DNA of 64,000 bases from Candidatus Eiseniibacteriota bacterium (lineage in GTDB: Bacteria > Eisenbacteria > RBG-16-71-46): positions 3,392,001-3,456,000 of the forward strand of contig OY970178.1 in assembly GCA_963707915.1 (NCBI GenBank). The letters are read 5' to 3'. Shown piece after piece: positions 43,490-53,748 of this stretch (its first letter is position 1; every line of letters starts with the position of its first letter). The position numbers and the translations under genes are program-made. The notes below the pieces were generated by a model. That model saw only the letters and a list, made by a program, of their open reading frames with translations. It had not been told where the DNA came from and ran no database searches.

Positions 43490-44896
43490 ATGACGTCCCG
43501 CCCGAGGTCCCTGCGCGGCCTGCCGGCCGTCGAGATGCTGCTGAGCCACCCCGCGCTGGCCGCGGCCGGGGCGGACGTCCCGCGCCTGCTCCTGGTGGAA
43601 TCCGTGCGGGCCGAGCTCGCCCGGGAGCGCGCGCGTCTCCGTTCGGGGCCGGTCGAGCCCGCGGCCGCCGACGTGCTCGCCGCGCGCGCCGTCCGCCGCG
43701 CCCGCGAGGCCTGCCGCCCGCTGCTGCGGCGCGTGCTGAACGCCACCGGCGTGGTCCTGCACACCAACCTGGGCCGCGCCCCCCTGGCCCCCGCCGCGCA
43801 AGCCGCCGTCGCCACCGTCGCCGGCGGCTACAGCTCGCTGGAATACGACCTCGCATCCGGGCGGCGCGGCGACCGCGGCGCCGGGATCGAACGCTGGCTC
43901 ACGCGCCTCACCGGGGCGGAGGCGGCGCTGGTCGTCAACAACGGGGCCGCGGCCGTGCTGCTGGCGCTCTCGGCGCTGGCGGCGGGCCGCAAGGTCCTGG
44001 TCTCGCGCGGGGAGCTGGTCGAGATTGGCGGCTCCTTCCGCATTCCCGAGATCCTCGAGCGGAGCGGCGCCACGCTGGTCGAGGTCGGGACCACCAACCG
44101 CACGCACCTGCGCGACTACGAGCGCGCGCTCGAGCGCGAGGCCGGCGTGGCCGTCGTGCTGCGCGTCCATCCGAGCAACTTCCGGGTCGAGGGCTTCACC
44201 GCCCGGCCCGCGCTCGCGGAGCTGGCCGCCCTGGCCCGCCGGCGCCGGGTGGCGCTGGTCGAGGACCTGGGCAGCGGGGCGCTCGTCGACCTGGCGGCCT
44301 TCGGGCTCGAGCACGAGCCGACGGCGGGGGAGAGCCTCGCGGCCGGCTGCGACGTGGTCACGTGCTCCGGGGACAAGCTGCTGGGCGGCTCGCAGGCCGG
44401 GCTCGTGCTGGGGAAGCGGAAGTGGCTCGCCCGGCTGAAGCAGGACCCGCTGGCCCGCGCGCTGCGGCTGGACAAGCTCGCGCTGGCCGCGCTCGAGGCC
44501 ACGCTGCCGCTCTACGCCGATCCCGCCGGCGCGGCCCGCATGGTGCCGGTGCTGGCGATGCTGCGGCAGGGGCCCGCGGAACTCGAGGCCCGCGCCCGCC
44601 GCCTCGCGGCCGCACTTTCGGCACGGATCCCGGGGCTGCGGACGTCGGTCGCCCGGGGCTGGGGCGAGGTGGGCGGAGGCGCGCTGCCGACCCAGCGGCT
44701 GCCCGGCTGGGTGGTCGAGGTCGAGCAGGAGGGGCGCGACCCGCGCGAACTCGAGGCGCGCGCGCGCGCCGCCGAGCCGCCCGTGATCGGCACGCTGCGC
44801 GCGGGCCGCTGGCGGCTCGATCCGCGCACCCTCACCGAGGCCGAGTCGGACGAGGTGGTCGAGGCGCTGGCGCGGGCATTCGCCCCCGGCACCTGA
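43490..44896 (+). CDS. selA: L-seryl-tRNA(Sec) selenium transferase
   Basis: NATGVVLHTNLGRA, SRGELVEIGGSFRIP, EVGTTNRTH, EDLGSG, SGDKLLGG.QAG. Confidence 0.96.
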   Translation: MTSRPRSLRGLPAVEMLLSHPALAAAGADVPRLLLVESVRAELARERARLRSGPVEPAAADVLAARAVRRAREACRPLLRRVLNATGVVLHTNLGRAPLAPAAQAAVATVAGGYSSLEYDLASGRRGDRGAGIERWLTRLTGAEAALVVNNGAAAVLLALSALAAGRKVLVSRGELVEIGGSFRIPEILERSGATLVEVGTTNRTHLRDYERALEREAGVAVVLRVHPSNFRVEGFTARPALAELAALARRRRVALVEDLGSGALVDLAAFGLEHEPTAGESLAAGCDVVTCSGDKLLGGSQAGLVLGKRKWLARLKQDPLARALRLDKLALAALEATLPLYADPAGAARMVPVLAMLRQGPAELEARARRLAAALSARIPGLRTSVARGWGEVGGGALPTQRLPGWVVEVEQEGRDPRELEARARAAEPPVIGTLRAGRWRLDPRTLTEAESDEVVEALARAFAPGT

Positions 44897-44997
44897 GCCG
44901 CCGCGGCCGGGGCGCGTTCCCGCTCCGGGCCCCGCGGCCGCGCCGGCGGCGGGCGACCTCGTGCCCGCGGACGCCCGGGATCCGCCGCGGGAATCTG

Positions 44998-45026
44998 TTG
45001 ACCCCCGCGCCGCGCCCCCGTAATCT
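44998..45026 (+). promoter_or_regulatory. Putative sigma70 promoter of smc-ftsY
   Basis: TTGACC-N17-TAATCT. Confidence 0.65.
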
Positions 45027-45172
45027 CCGTCGCTGCGGGTCGCCGGCCCAGCCCGGCGCCCCCTGAGACAGCGCTCACGCAGCCTGCTTCCCACCGAAGT
45101 CTCGGACACGTTCGCACTCGGTCCCGCCCCGGCCGCCTGCCCCCGGGGGGGCCGAGCGAGAGGGGAACAAGG

Positions 45173-48100
45173 ATGTTTCTGCACCGGCTCGAGATCCAGG
45201 GTTTCAAGTCGTTCGTCGACAAGACCGAGTTGCTGTTCGGCGAGGGCATGACCGGCGTCATCGGGCCCAACGGCTGCGGCAAGACCAACGTCTCGGACGC
45301 CATCCGCTGGGTGATGGGCGAGCAGAGCGCCAAGCAGCTGCGCGGCGACTCGATGGAAGACGTGATCTTCAACGGCTGCCCGTCGCGCAAGCCGCTCGGC
45401 ATGGCCGAGGTGCACCTCACCTTCAAGAACGACCGGGGCATCCTGCCGGTCGAGTTCTCCGAGGTCACGGTCTCCCGGCGCGTGTTCCGCTCGGGCGTGA
45501 GCGAGTACTCCCTCAACAAGGCCCCGTGCCGGCTCAAGGACATCCGCGACCTGTTCTCCGACACCGGCATGGGCAGCCACGCCTACTCGGTGATCGAGCG
45601 CGCCATGGTGGACCACGTGCTGTCGGACAGTTCGGGGCATCGCCGCTTCCTGTTCGAGGAGGCCTCCGGCATCACCAAGTACAAGGCGCGCAAGAAGGAG
45701 GCGCTCAACAAGCTCGACGCCACCGAGACCGACCTGGTGCGGCTCAACGACATCGTCTTCGAGCTCGAGCGCGAGCTGCGCTCGCTCGCCCGCCAGGTGG
45801 GCAAGGCCCGGCGCTTCCAGCGCTGGCGCGACGAGATCCGCGACCTCGACCTGACGCTCACCGCGGGCCACGTCGAGGCCCTGAAGCGGAAGGAGGCCGA
45901 GGCGAAGGAGCAGTGGGAGGAGGAGTCGGTGAGGCGCGTGGGCGTGACCACCGCCCTCGACGGGCTCGAGGCCACGCTCAACGACCGCAAGCTCGTCCTG
46001 CTCGAGCTCGAGCGCGAGCTCTCGACCTCGCAGGGCGGCCTGCGCGACCGCGAGGAGGCGCGCACGCAGGCCGAGCACCAGGTCGTGCTGTTGCGCGAGC
46101 GGGGGTCGGGGCTGCGCGGCCGGGCCGACGAGGCGGTGACCGAGGCGCGCGCCCTGCGCGAGCGGCTCGACGAGGTGATCGCCCGCGAGGCCGAGGCCGC
46201 CGCGCACCTGGCGGCCCTGCGCACCGAGCGCGACGCGGCGCAGGCGGCGGTCGAGTCCAGCCGGCAGGCGCTGGGTGCGGTCGAGACCGAGCTGCGCGAG
46301 CGGCGCGAGGTCGCCAGCCAGCGCAAGCAGTTGTCGCTCGACCTGTTCTCCACCGAGGCCGACAAGCGCGGCACGCTCGAGAACCTGCGCGCCCGGCGGC
46401 TGTCGCTCACCGAGCGGCGGGACGCGGCGGCGGCGCGGTGCGACGAGCTCGAGGCGCGGGTGGCCGAGTTGGCCCGGCTGGCGGCCGAGCGCAGCGCCAC
46501 GCGCACCGGGCTCGAGGCCGAGCGGGAGGCGGCGCGCACCGCGCTGGCGGCGGTGGACGAGCAGATCCGCGCGGTCGCGGCCGGCCTCGAGGAGGCCGGG
46601 GCCCGGCTGGCGGACCTGCGACAGCAGTCGGCCGCGGCCGAGTCGCGGCTCGAGACGCTGCTGGACCTCAAGCGGAACTTCGACGGCGTCTCGGAGGGTG
46701 TGAAGGCCCTGCTGACCGGGGACCGCCGCTCGGCCGGCACGCTGGGCATGATCTCCGACGTGCTCGAGGTGCCGGCGCGCTACCTCGACGCGCTCGAGGC
46801 CTCGCTGGGCGAAGCGGCCGCCTTCGTGCTGGTCGCCGACCACGCCGCGCTCGACGCGGCGCTCGGTCACCTGCGCGGGCTGGAGAGCGGGCGGGCCACG
46901 CTGGTGGACCTGGCGGGCATCAGCCCCGGGACGCTGCACGACGTGCCGGTGGGTGAGGGCGTGGTGGGCCGGGCCTCGGACCTGGTGCGCTGCGAGGAGC
47001 GCTTCCGCGCGCTGGTCGAGCGCCTGCTCGGCGCGGTCGTGGTGGTCGAGGACCGCGCCAGCGCGGCGCGGCTGGCCGGGCATTCCGAGGCGGGGCTGCG
47101 CTTCGTGAGCCTGGACGGCGAGGTCTGGGAACGCGGGCGGGTGCGTGCCGGGTCGGCGCGCAACCTGAGCGGGCTGCTGCACCGCGAGAACGAGATCCGC
47201 GAGCTGACCGGCGAGCTGGCCGAGCGCCGGCTCGCGCTCGAGGCGCTGGAGCACGAGCGCGGCGCGCTGGAGGCGGGCCGCCAGGAGACGCTGGTCCGGC
47301 GCGAGGCGGCGGCGGCCGCGCTCGAGCAGGCCCGCACGGCGCTCGAGGCGCTGGAGCGCGAGCTCGAGGCCGGCGAGCGGGAGAGCCGCTGGGCCGGCGG
47401 CGAGGCCGGCGAGCGCCGCCGCGAGATCGAGCTGCACGAGGCCGAGCGGGACACGCTCGAGCGGGCCCTGGCCGAGGCCGAGGCCGACCTGGCCGACTAC
47501 CAGCTGCAGGTCGAGAGCGCGCGGGCGCAGCTCGCGGACCTCGACGGGACGCTGCGCGGGCTCGAGACCCGCCGCGAGGAGGCGGCCTCCGCCGCGCGCG
47601 CCGCGGGGGAGCGGCTGCTGCAGCTGGCGCGCGACCAGGGGGAGTGGGAGAGCCAGTGGGCACGCGCCGAGCAGACCCGGCGCGAGCTGGAGGCCGGCAT
47701 CGAGGCGCGCGAGCGCGAGGACCGCGAGGCGCGCGCGAAGGTGGCCGAGATCGAGGCCGAGGTCGCCGGGCTGGCGGCCGGGCTGACCGGGCTGCTGGAG
47801 TCGGAGTCCACCCAGCGCGAGCGCGTGGTCGAGCTGCAGAAGCGCTTCGCGGCCCGGAAGCAGGAGGTGCAGGCCGGCGAGGAGGATGCCCGCCAGCTGC
47901 GCTTCCAGCAGGCCGAGCTGAGCGAACTGATGCACCAGGTCGAGCTGGACCGGGTGCAGACCCACGCCGAGCTGGAGCGCACCTTCGAGCGCCTGCACAC
48001 CGAGTACGACCTGGAGGTGGCCGCCTGGGAGCCGGCGCCGCCGCCCGAGGGCTTCGATGCCGACGACGGCCGCCGCCGGCTCGAGGAGATGCGCGCGCGC

Positions 48101-48760
48101 TACCGCGCGCTCGGCCCGGTCAACCTGCTGGCGGTGGACGAGTACGCGAAGAAGAAGGAGCGCTGGCAGTTCCTCACGCAGCAGCGTGCCGACCTGACCA
48201 GCGCGAAGGCCCAGCTGCTCGAGGCCATCGAGAAGATCAACGTCACCGCGAGCGAGATGTTCCGCGAGACCTTCGCGAAGGTGCAGGGCCACTTCCGCGA
48301 CGTCTTCGGCACGCTGTTCGACGGCGGCGATTCGGAGCTGCGCATGGTGGGCGACGATCCGCTCGAGTGCGAGATCGAGATCGTGGCCAAGCCGCGCGGC
48401 AAGCACCTGCAGAGCATCAGCCTGATGTCGGGGGGCGAGCGCGCGCTCACCGCGATCGCCCTGTTGTTCGCGCTCTACCTGGTGAAGCCCTCGCCCTTCT
48501 GCCTGCTGGACGAGGTGGACGCGCCGCTCGACGACGCCAACGTGGACCGCTTCATCAAGATGCTTCAGCGCTTCAGCGACAAGACGCAGTTCGTGGTCAT
48601 CACGCACAACAAGCGGACCATGGAGTCCGCGCGCTGCCTCTACGGCGTGACCATGGAGGAGCTGGGCGTCTCGAAGCTCGTCTCCGTGCGTTTCGACGGC
48701 CAGCCCCGCAGCGGGGACCGGAACGGCAACGAGCTGGCGGGCGTGGCCGCGGAGAAGTGA
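45173..48760 (+). CDS. smc: Chromosome segregation protein SMC
   Basis: GFKSF, GPNGCGKTN, coiled coils and hinge, MSGGE, LDEVDAPLD, ITH. Confidence 0.97.
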   Translation: MFLHRLEIQGFKSFVDKTELLFGEGMTGVIGPNGCGKTNVSDAIRWVMGEQSAKQLRGDSMEDVIFNGCPSRKPLGMAEVHLTFKNDRGILPVEFSEVTVSRRVFRSGVSEYSLNKAPCRLKDIRDLFSDTGMGSHAYSVIERAMVDHVLSDSSGHRRFLFEEASGITKYKARKKEALNKLDATETDLVRLNDIVFELERELRSLARQVGKARRFQRWRDEIRDLDLTLTAGHVEALKRKEAEAKEQWEEESVRRVGVTTALDGLEATLNDRKLVLLELERELSTSQGGLRDREEARTQAEHQVVLLRERGSGLRGRADEAVTEARALRERLDEVIAREAEAAAHLAALRTERDAAQAAVESSRQALGAVETELRERREVASQRKQLSLDLFSTEADKRGTLENLRARRLSLTERRDAAAARCDELEARVAELARLAAERSATRTGLEAEREAARTALAAVDEQIRAVAAGLEEAGARLADLRQQSAAAESRLETLLDLKRNFDGVSEGVKALLTGDRRSAGTLGMISDVLEVPARYLDALEASLGEAAAFVLVADHAALDAALGHLRGLESGRATLVDLAGISPGTLHDVPVGEGVVGRASDLVRCEERFRALVERLLGAVVVVEDRASAARLAGHSEAGLRFVSLDGEVWERGRVRAGSARNLSGLLHRENEIRELTGELAERRLALEALEHERGALEAGRQETLVRREAAAAALEQARTALEALERELEAGERESRWAGGEAGERRREIELHEAERDTLERALAEAEADLADYQLQVESARAQLADLDGTLRGLETRREEAASAARAAGERLLQLARDQGEWESQWARAEQTRRELEAGIEAREREDREARAKVAEIEAEVAGLAAGLTGLLESESTQRERVVELQKRFAARKQEVQAGEEDARQLRFQQAELSELMHQVELDRVQTHAELERTFERLHTEYDLEVAAWEPAPPPEGFDADDGRRRLEEMRARYRALGPVNLLAVDEYAKKKERWQFLTQQRADLTSAKAQLLEAIEKINVTASEMFRETFAKVQGHFRDVFGTLFDGGDSELRMVGDDPLECEIEIVAKPRGKHLQSISLMSGGERALTAIALLFALYLVKPSPFCLLDEVDAPLDDANVDRFIKMLQRFSDKTQFVVITHNKRTMESARCLYGVTMEELGVSKLVSVRFDGQPRSGDRNGNELAGVAAEK

Positions 48761-48797
48761 GCGCGCCGCCGCGGCCGGCCGTGCGGCGCCCGACGCC

Positions 48798-49709
48798 ATG
48801 AGCCTGTTCTCGCGATTCCGCGCCGGGCTCGCGCGCACGCGCGAACGCCTGGTCGAGCAGGTGGGCGGGCTGCTCCAGCGCCGCGGCGCCGTGGACGCGG
48901 CCGCCCTGGCGAGCCTCGAGGAGGCCCTGCTCGCCGCCGACGTCGGCCCGGCGACCACCGAGCGGCTGATCGCCCGCGCCCAGGAAGCGCTCCAGCGCTC
49001 GCCCGAGCTCGACCTGCGGGGCGCCCTCGAGCAGGCGGCGGCGGCGCTGCTCGGGGCCGGCGCGGCCCCCGGCGCGCGTTTCGAGCCCGCGGGCGGCAGG
49101 CCCTGGGTGGCGCTGCTGGTCGGCGTGAACGGGGTGGGCAAGACCACGCTCGCCGGCAAGCTCGCCGCCCGCTTCGCGCGCGAGTCGCGCCCGACCCTGC
49201 TGGTGGCGGCCGACACCTTCCGCGCTGCGGCCACCGAGCAGCTCGAGGTCTGGGCCGGGCGGGCGGGCGTCGAGCTGGTGCGGGCACGCTCCGGCTCGGA
49301 CCCGGCGGCGGTGGTGCACGACGCCCTGAGCGCGGCCGTGTCGCGGGGCACGGAGGTCGTGCTGGTGGACACCGCGGGCCGGCTGCACACCAAGCACAAC
49401 CTGATGAACGAGCTGGAGAAGATCGGGCGCGTCTGCGCGCGCGTCGTCCCCGGCGCGCCGCACCACGTCCTGCTGGTGCTCGACGCCACGCTGGGCCAGA
49501 ACGGCCTGCAGCAGGCGCGCGAGTTCCAGCGCGCGCTGCCGATAACCAGCCTGGCGCTCACCAAGCTCGATGGGACCGCCCGCGGCGGCGCCGTGCTCGC
49601 CATCGTGGACCAGTTGGGGCTCCCGGTCAGCGTGGTCGGGATCGGCGAGGGGCTGGACGACTGGGAGCCGTTCGACCCCGCGGCCTTCGCCCGCGGCCTG
49701 TTCGAGTAA
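48798..49709 (+). CDS. ftsY: SRP receptor FtsY (short, NG domain only)
   Basis: GVNGVGKTT, DTFRAAA, DTAGRLH, TKLDGTARGG. Confidence 0.96.
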   Translation: MSLFSRFRAGLARTRERLVEQVGGLLQRRGAVDAAALASLEEALLAADVGPATTERLIARAQEALQRSPELDLRGALEQAAAALLGAGAAPGARFEPAGGRPWVALLVGVNGVGKTTLAGKLAARFARESRPTLLVAADTFRAAATEQLEVWAGRAGVELVRARSGSDPAAVVHDALSAAVSRGTEVVLVDTAGRLHTKHNLMNELEKIGRVCARVVPGAPHHVLLVLDATLGQNGLQQAREFQRALPITSLALTKLDGTARGGAVLAIVDQLGLPVSVVGIGEGLDDWEPFDPAAFARGLFE

Positions 49710-49730
49710 CCCGTCTCCGGAGGGACCCGG

Positions 49731-51218
49731 ATGCCGATCACCAGCGAACAGCTCACGCCGCTGCAGCGGCGCCTGGTGCCGAGCCTCACCGACGTGCTGT
49801 TCGCGGGGCTCGCCGCCGGGCAGTTCCACCGCGCCATGTTCGCCGACGGTGACTCGGGCTGGCACCTCTGGGCGGGCTTCGACGTGCTGGTCCACGGTCC
49901 GCGGGCCATCCCCGACACGCTCTCGTTCACCCGTGCGGGCGTGCCCTGGCGGAACATCGAGTGGCTGGCCGACGCGATCATCGCGCTGTGCTACCGGCAC
50001 GCCGGGTACTTCGGCGTGACCGTGCTCATGGGCCTGGTGTTCGCGGTGGTCTGCACCTGGCTGTACCGCATCCTGCTGCGCGAGACCGGTCACGTGCCGG
50101 CCTCGGCGCTGACCATGGGCCTGGCCGGGGTCGTGTTGCTCCTGCAGTTGCTGGCGCGGCCGCTGGTGTTCTCGTTCCTGCTGGTGCTGGCCGCCTGGGA
50201 ACTGGTGCGGGTGGCGGGGCGCGAGCGGCTCGCCCTGTGGCTGCTCCCGCCGCTCACCGTGCTGTGGGCCAACCTGCACCCCACCGCCTTCCTGGCGCCG
50301 GCGCTCGCCGGCTTCGGCTGGCTCACCCGGGGCCGGGACCGCCGGCTCGCGCTCGCCGCGCTGCTCTCGCTGGCCGCGCTCGGCGCCACGCCGTGGGGAT
50401 TCGGCTGGCTGCGCGATATCGCCCCGGCCGGGGAGAACCTCGCGCTGCTGGGTCGCATCGACGAGTGGCAGACCCCGCGATTCAGCGACCCGCGCTTCGC
50501 CTTCGTGCTGGCCTACCTGCTGCTGGCGGTGGGAGCGCGGCGCTGGGGCCCGCGGCTGGCGTGGAGCGAGGCGCTGATGGGCATGGCCTGCCTGGCCGGG
50601 ACGCTGTTCGCGGCGCGACTCGGGCCCATCGCGGCGATCCTCTGGGCGCCCTTCCTCGCGCGCGACCTGGCCTGCTGGTCGCGCGAACGCGGTGGCTGGG
50701 TCTTCGGGCGGCTGTGGCGTGCCGCGCAGGACACGCTGGCGCCCTTCGAGCGGGTCTTCCGGCCGGGGCTCTGGCCCGCACTGGTCTGCGTGCTCGCCCT
50801 GGTCCTGGCGCCGCGCCTGTCGCGCGTCTTTCCCGAGGGTGCGGGCGACTTCCGCGTGGATTCGTTCCCGCACCGGGCCCTGGCCGCGGCCGACCGCCTC
50901 GGGCTCGGGCCGCGCGTGTTCAATAGCTACGCCTGGGGCGGCTTCGTCTCGTGGACCCGCGTCGGGCGCTACCGGGTCTTTATCGACGGCCGCGCCTGCT
51001 TCTTCGGCAGCGGTACGCTGGCCGACTACTTCGCGGTCCTCGAACTGCGCCCGGGCTGGCAGGAGGCGATTGCGCGGGCGCGGGCGGACTGGATCCTGGT
51101 GCCGAAGGAGGCGCCGCTGGTGGAAGCGGCCCCGCTCACCGGTCGCTGGCGCGTGGCCTACCGGGACTCCATGGCCGCGATCCTCACGCCGGTCGCTCTG
51201 CCCGCTCCCGCGCGCTGA
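49731..51218 (+). CDS. Polytopic membrane protein, possible GT-C glycosyltransferase-like
   Basis: DGDSGWHL..G, D..SFT...W...EWL, ARP..F, LWANLH, I.EW, FN.Y.WGG, FIDGR. Confidence 0.65.
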   Translation: MPITSEQLTPLQRRLVPSLTDVLFAGLAAGQFHRAMFADGDSGWHLWAGFDVLVHGPRAIPDTLSFTRAGVPWRNIEWLADAIIALCYRHAGYFGVTVLMGLVFAVVCTWLYRILLRETGHVPASALTMGLAGVVLLLQLLARPLVFSFLLVLAAWELVRVAGRERLALWLLPPLTVLWANLHPTAFLAPALAGFGWLTRGRDRRLALAALLSLAALGATPWGFGWLRDIAPAGENLALLGRIDEWQTPRFSDPRFAFVLAYLLLAVGARRWGPRLAWSEALMGMACLAGTLFAARLGPIAAILWAPFLARDLACWSRERGGWVFGRLWRAAQDTLAPFERVFRPGLWPALVCVLALVLAPRLSRVFPEGAGDFRVDSFPHRALAAADRLGLGPRVFNSYAWGGFVSWTRVGRYRVFIDGRACFFGSGTLADYFAVLELRPGWQEAIARARADWILVPKEAPLVEAAPLTGRWRVAYRDSMAAILTPVALPAPAR

Positions 51219-51239
51219 GGCGCGGGAGCGGGCCGGGGC

Positions 51240-52148
51240 TCAGCGGGTCGGACGGCCGGGCTTCGCCGCGGGGGCCTTCGGCCCGGGCGCCGGGGCGGCG
51301 CGCTGGGCGGCGAGGGAGCGGCGGAACTCCTTGGGGACGAGCGTGGCCTCGACGCCCCCGGTCCCGTAGTCCCCCAGCTCCATCACCGTGCTCGTACGGT
51401 CGATGAGCCGCAGCGGGCTCGATGCCTGGGAGTGGCCGGTGAGCCAGGTGCGGCTCGAGTTCGAGAACTCGATCTCCTCGCGCGCCTTGCCCGTGACCGG
51501 CACCTGCGGGGTCTGCCAGGACACGCGCACGTCGCGGGTCTCGGTGTAGCGGGAGCTGTCGGCGCTCTGCGAAGTGGTCGTGGTGCCCTTCTCGTTGCGC
51601 ACCTTGAGGCAGAACAGGGCGCCCCGGGCGAACTGGAGCGTATCGACCCCGAGCGTGTCCACCAGCGTGGTGAGGCCCGGCTTGGCCGGCGTGCGGGTCT
51701 TGATCGCTCCCCGCCCGCGCCGCATCGTCTGTTGCAGCGGCTGGCCGTTCTCGTCGAGCTCCGCGATCCGCTTGCGCTGGTAGAGCAGGATGTTCTTCAG
51801 CGGCAGGCTGTCCTCGAAGATGGACATCGACATCAGGGTGGCGGCGGACGTCGTGGCCCCCTTGGGCCACTGCGTCGTGGTCTCGACCCAGAAGCACTCC
51901 TCGCCCCACCACTCCTCTTCTCCCGCGATCATCACGGTCGCGGTGTAGTCGTCGGTGACAACTCCGTCCCGGCGTGCGACCACGTGGTACCTGGCCCACG
52001 ATCCGACCTGGAGGACGGACCGGCCGTGGGCGTAGTCCACCTCGCCGATGGCGTCGAACAACTGGCCGCTCTGCGCGGCCGCCGATCGCGCGGTGAGGGC
52101 GAGGAGCGCTGCGGCGAGGAAGCCGACCAGAACGCGGGAACGACTCAT
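51240..52148 (-). CDS. Exported hypothetical protein
   Basis: Signal peptide; VGSWARY, GEECFWVE; host-like codon usage. Confidence 0.7.
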   Translation of the reverse strand: MSRSRVLVGFLAAALLALTARSAAAQSGQLFDAIGEVDYAHGRSVLQVGSWARYHVVARRDGVVTDDYTATVMIAGEEEWWGEECFWVETTTQWPKGATTSAATLMSMSIFEDSLPLKNILLYQRKRIAELDENGQPLQQTMRRGRGAIKTRTPAKPGLTTLVDTLGVDTLQFARGALFCLKVRNEKGTTTTSQSADSSRYTETRDVRVSWQTPQVPVTGKAREEIEFSNSSRTWLTGHSQASSPLRLIDRTSTVMELGDYGTGGVEATLVPKEFRRSLAAQRAAPAPGPKAPAAKPGRPTR

Positions 52149-52280
52149 GCAATGGGTCTCCGGTGACGGGTGATCCGGCGCCCGCGGCCCCGCCCGGTTT
52201 CACCCGGCGTCCCCGCAGGCAAGATGGCCCCCATTATCCACGACCCGGCCCGGCCGCCCAAGCGGGCCGCCAGGAGACCG

Positions 52281-52985
52281 ATGTCCGCGAGCCAGCCCGC
52301 GCCGCACGCGCCCGACGAGCCCGGACGGCCCCTGCGGCCCCCGCGGGGCCTGCGGCCCCGGGAGAAGCTGCGCGCCCGCGGGCCGTCCGCGCTGGCCGAC
52401 GCCGAGCTGCTCGCGCTGGTGCTGGGATCGGGCACGGCCGGACGCAGCGCGCTGCGCATCGGGCGTCACCTGGCCCGCCGCAGCCCGCAGGAGCTGGGCG
52501 CCTGGTCGAGCGCGCGCTGGCTGCTCGTGCCCGGCGTCGGTCCCGCGCACGCGGCCGCGCTGGCGGCGGCCTTCGAGCTGGGACGCCGGGCGGCCGAGGG
52601 AGCGCCCGGCGGCGCGGCGATCCGCGGCCCCGAGGACGTGCTCGCCCAGGTGCGCGACCTGCCGCGCGCGCGCAAGGAGCACTTCGTCGTGTTGCTGCTC
52701 AACGCGCGCCACGAGATGCAGTGCCGCGAGGTGGTCTCGATCGGCAGCCTCAACGCGTCCATCGTGCACCCCCGCGAAGTGTTCCAGCCCGCCATCCTGC
52801 ACTCGGCCGCCGCCGTGGTGCTGGTGCACAACCATCCCAGCGGCGACCCGGAGCCCAGCGAGGAGGACCTGAGCATCACCCGGCGGCTGGTGCAGGTGGG
52901 GGAGGTGGTCGGCATCGCGGTGCTCGACCACGTCATCGTGGCGATGCGCGGCCTGGTGAGCCTGCGCGCCCGGCAACTGCTCTGA
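52281..52985 (+). CDS. radC: RadC/JAB-MPN domain protein
   Basis: PREKL...G..AL.DAELLA, EHF, GSLNASIVHPREVF, HNHPSGD.EPS.ED, LDHVI. Confidence 0.95.
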   Translation: MSASQPAPHAPDEPGRPLRPPRGLRPREKLRARGPSALADAELLALVLGSGTAGRSALRIGRHLARRSPQELGAWSSARWLLVPGVGPAHAAALAAAFELGRRAAEGAPGGAAIRGPEDVLAQVRDLPRARKEHFVVLLLNARHEMQCREVVSIGSLNASIVHPREVFQPAILHSAAAVVLVHNHPSGDPEPSEEDLSITRRLVQVGEVVGIAVLDHVIVAMRGLVSLRARQLL

Positions 52986-53129
52986 AGCCGGCTCCACGCG
53001 GCCGTCTCCTCGCGCCGCGGCCCGCGGCGTCCCGGACGACCGGTGGCGCCGTCGCTCGTGCCGTGTCGCGTGTTCGCGGGACGCCGGGCGCCGCTTGCCG
53101 GGGCGCCTGCGACGGGCCATGCTCCGGGC

Positions 53130-53549
53130 ATGGCAGAAGGCCACGGCACGTTCGACCACACCGGCGACCTGGGTCTCGAGGTCCGGGCCCCGAGCGCCGC
53201 GCGGCTCTTCGCCCTGGCGGCCGAGGCCCTGATGGCGCTGGTCGCGGACGCGCGCGGGGCCCCGCCCGACCTGGAGCGGGCCGTGCGCATCACCGGGGAC
53301 GACCCCGAGGACCTGCTGGTGCACTGGCTCAACACCGTGCTGCTGGAGTCCGAACTGGCGAAGGTGGTATGGACCAGCGCGGAGGTGCGCGTGCTGACGC
53401 CGACCGCGCTCGAGGCGACACTGCGCGGCTCGCGATTCGACCCCGCGCGCCAGACCTTCCTGCGCGAGGTCAAGGCCGTCTCCCTGCACGCGCTCGAGCT
53501 GGACCTGCACGAGCCGGACTGCCGCTGTCGCCTGGTGCTCGACCTCTGA
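53130..53549 (+). CDS. Archease
   Basis: FDHTGDLG, LLVHWLN, EVKAVSLH, VLDL C-terminus. Confidence 0.88.
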   Translation: MAEGHGTFDHTGDLGLEVRAPSAARLFALAAEALMALVADARGAPPDLERAVRITGDDPEDLLVHWLNTVLLESELAKVVWTSAEVRVLTPTALEATLRGSRFDPARQTFLREVKAVSLHALELDLHEPDCRCRLVLDL

Positions 53550-53571
53550 GCGCGCTCCATCGTGGCCCCCA

Positions 53572-53658
53572 ATTCGGCAACGGGCGCGGCGTCGGTCTGG
53601 GCGGCCCCGCACCCTGGCGCGAATCGTCGGCGTTTTCGAAGACGGCTCTGGAGTCTGA
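53572..53658 (+). pseudogene. Decayed 3' remnant of the double-HTH gene (left end of cassette 1)
   Basis: RGVGL/RPRTLARIVGVFEDGSGV* aligns in register with RGVGIPRPCTLAGMAAALEVDLRA* of 59354-59794; DNA similarity continues to 53709 (equivalent to 59858). Confidence 0.6.
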
Positions 53659-53736
53659 GACCAGGCATGCCAGCCTTTCCGAGGGATGTGGCCACCTGTC
53701 CGACATCGGCGAGGACGTGCGGTTTGGCCTTGCGTC

Positions 53737-53748
53737 GGGGGGGGGGGG
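53737..53748 (+). repeat. G12 homopolymer in the putative promoter region of the large cargo gene
   Basis: TTGCGT-C-G12-TATGTGCTACT. Confidence 0.8.

Noticed and set aside
43490..44896. Selenoprotein or tRNA-Sec locus around selA
   Set aside because: No selB, selD, tRNA-Sec or in-frame TGA candidate was seen in the window.
42944..49981. 2345-aa minus-strand ORF and many other long overlapping ORFs (e.g. 10840-13812)
   Set aside because: Shadow frames of selA/smc/ftsY, alaS and others caused by extreme GC3 bias; no recognisable motifs.
52281..52985. radC as the integration target or part of the island
   Set aside because: Gene is intact with host-like codon usage and no duplicated fragment; the compositional shift starts after archease.
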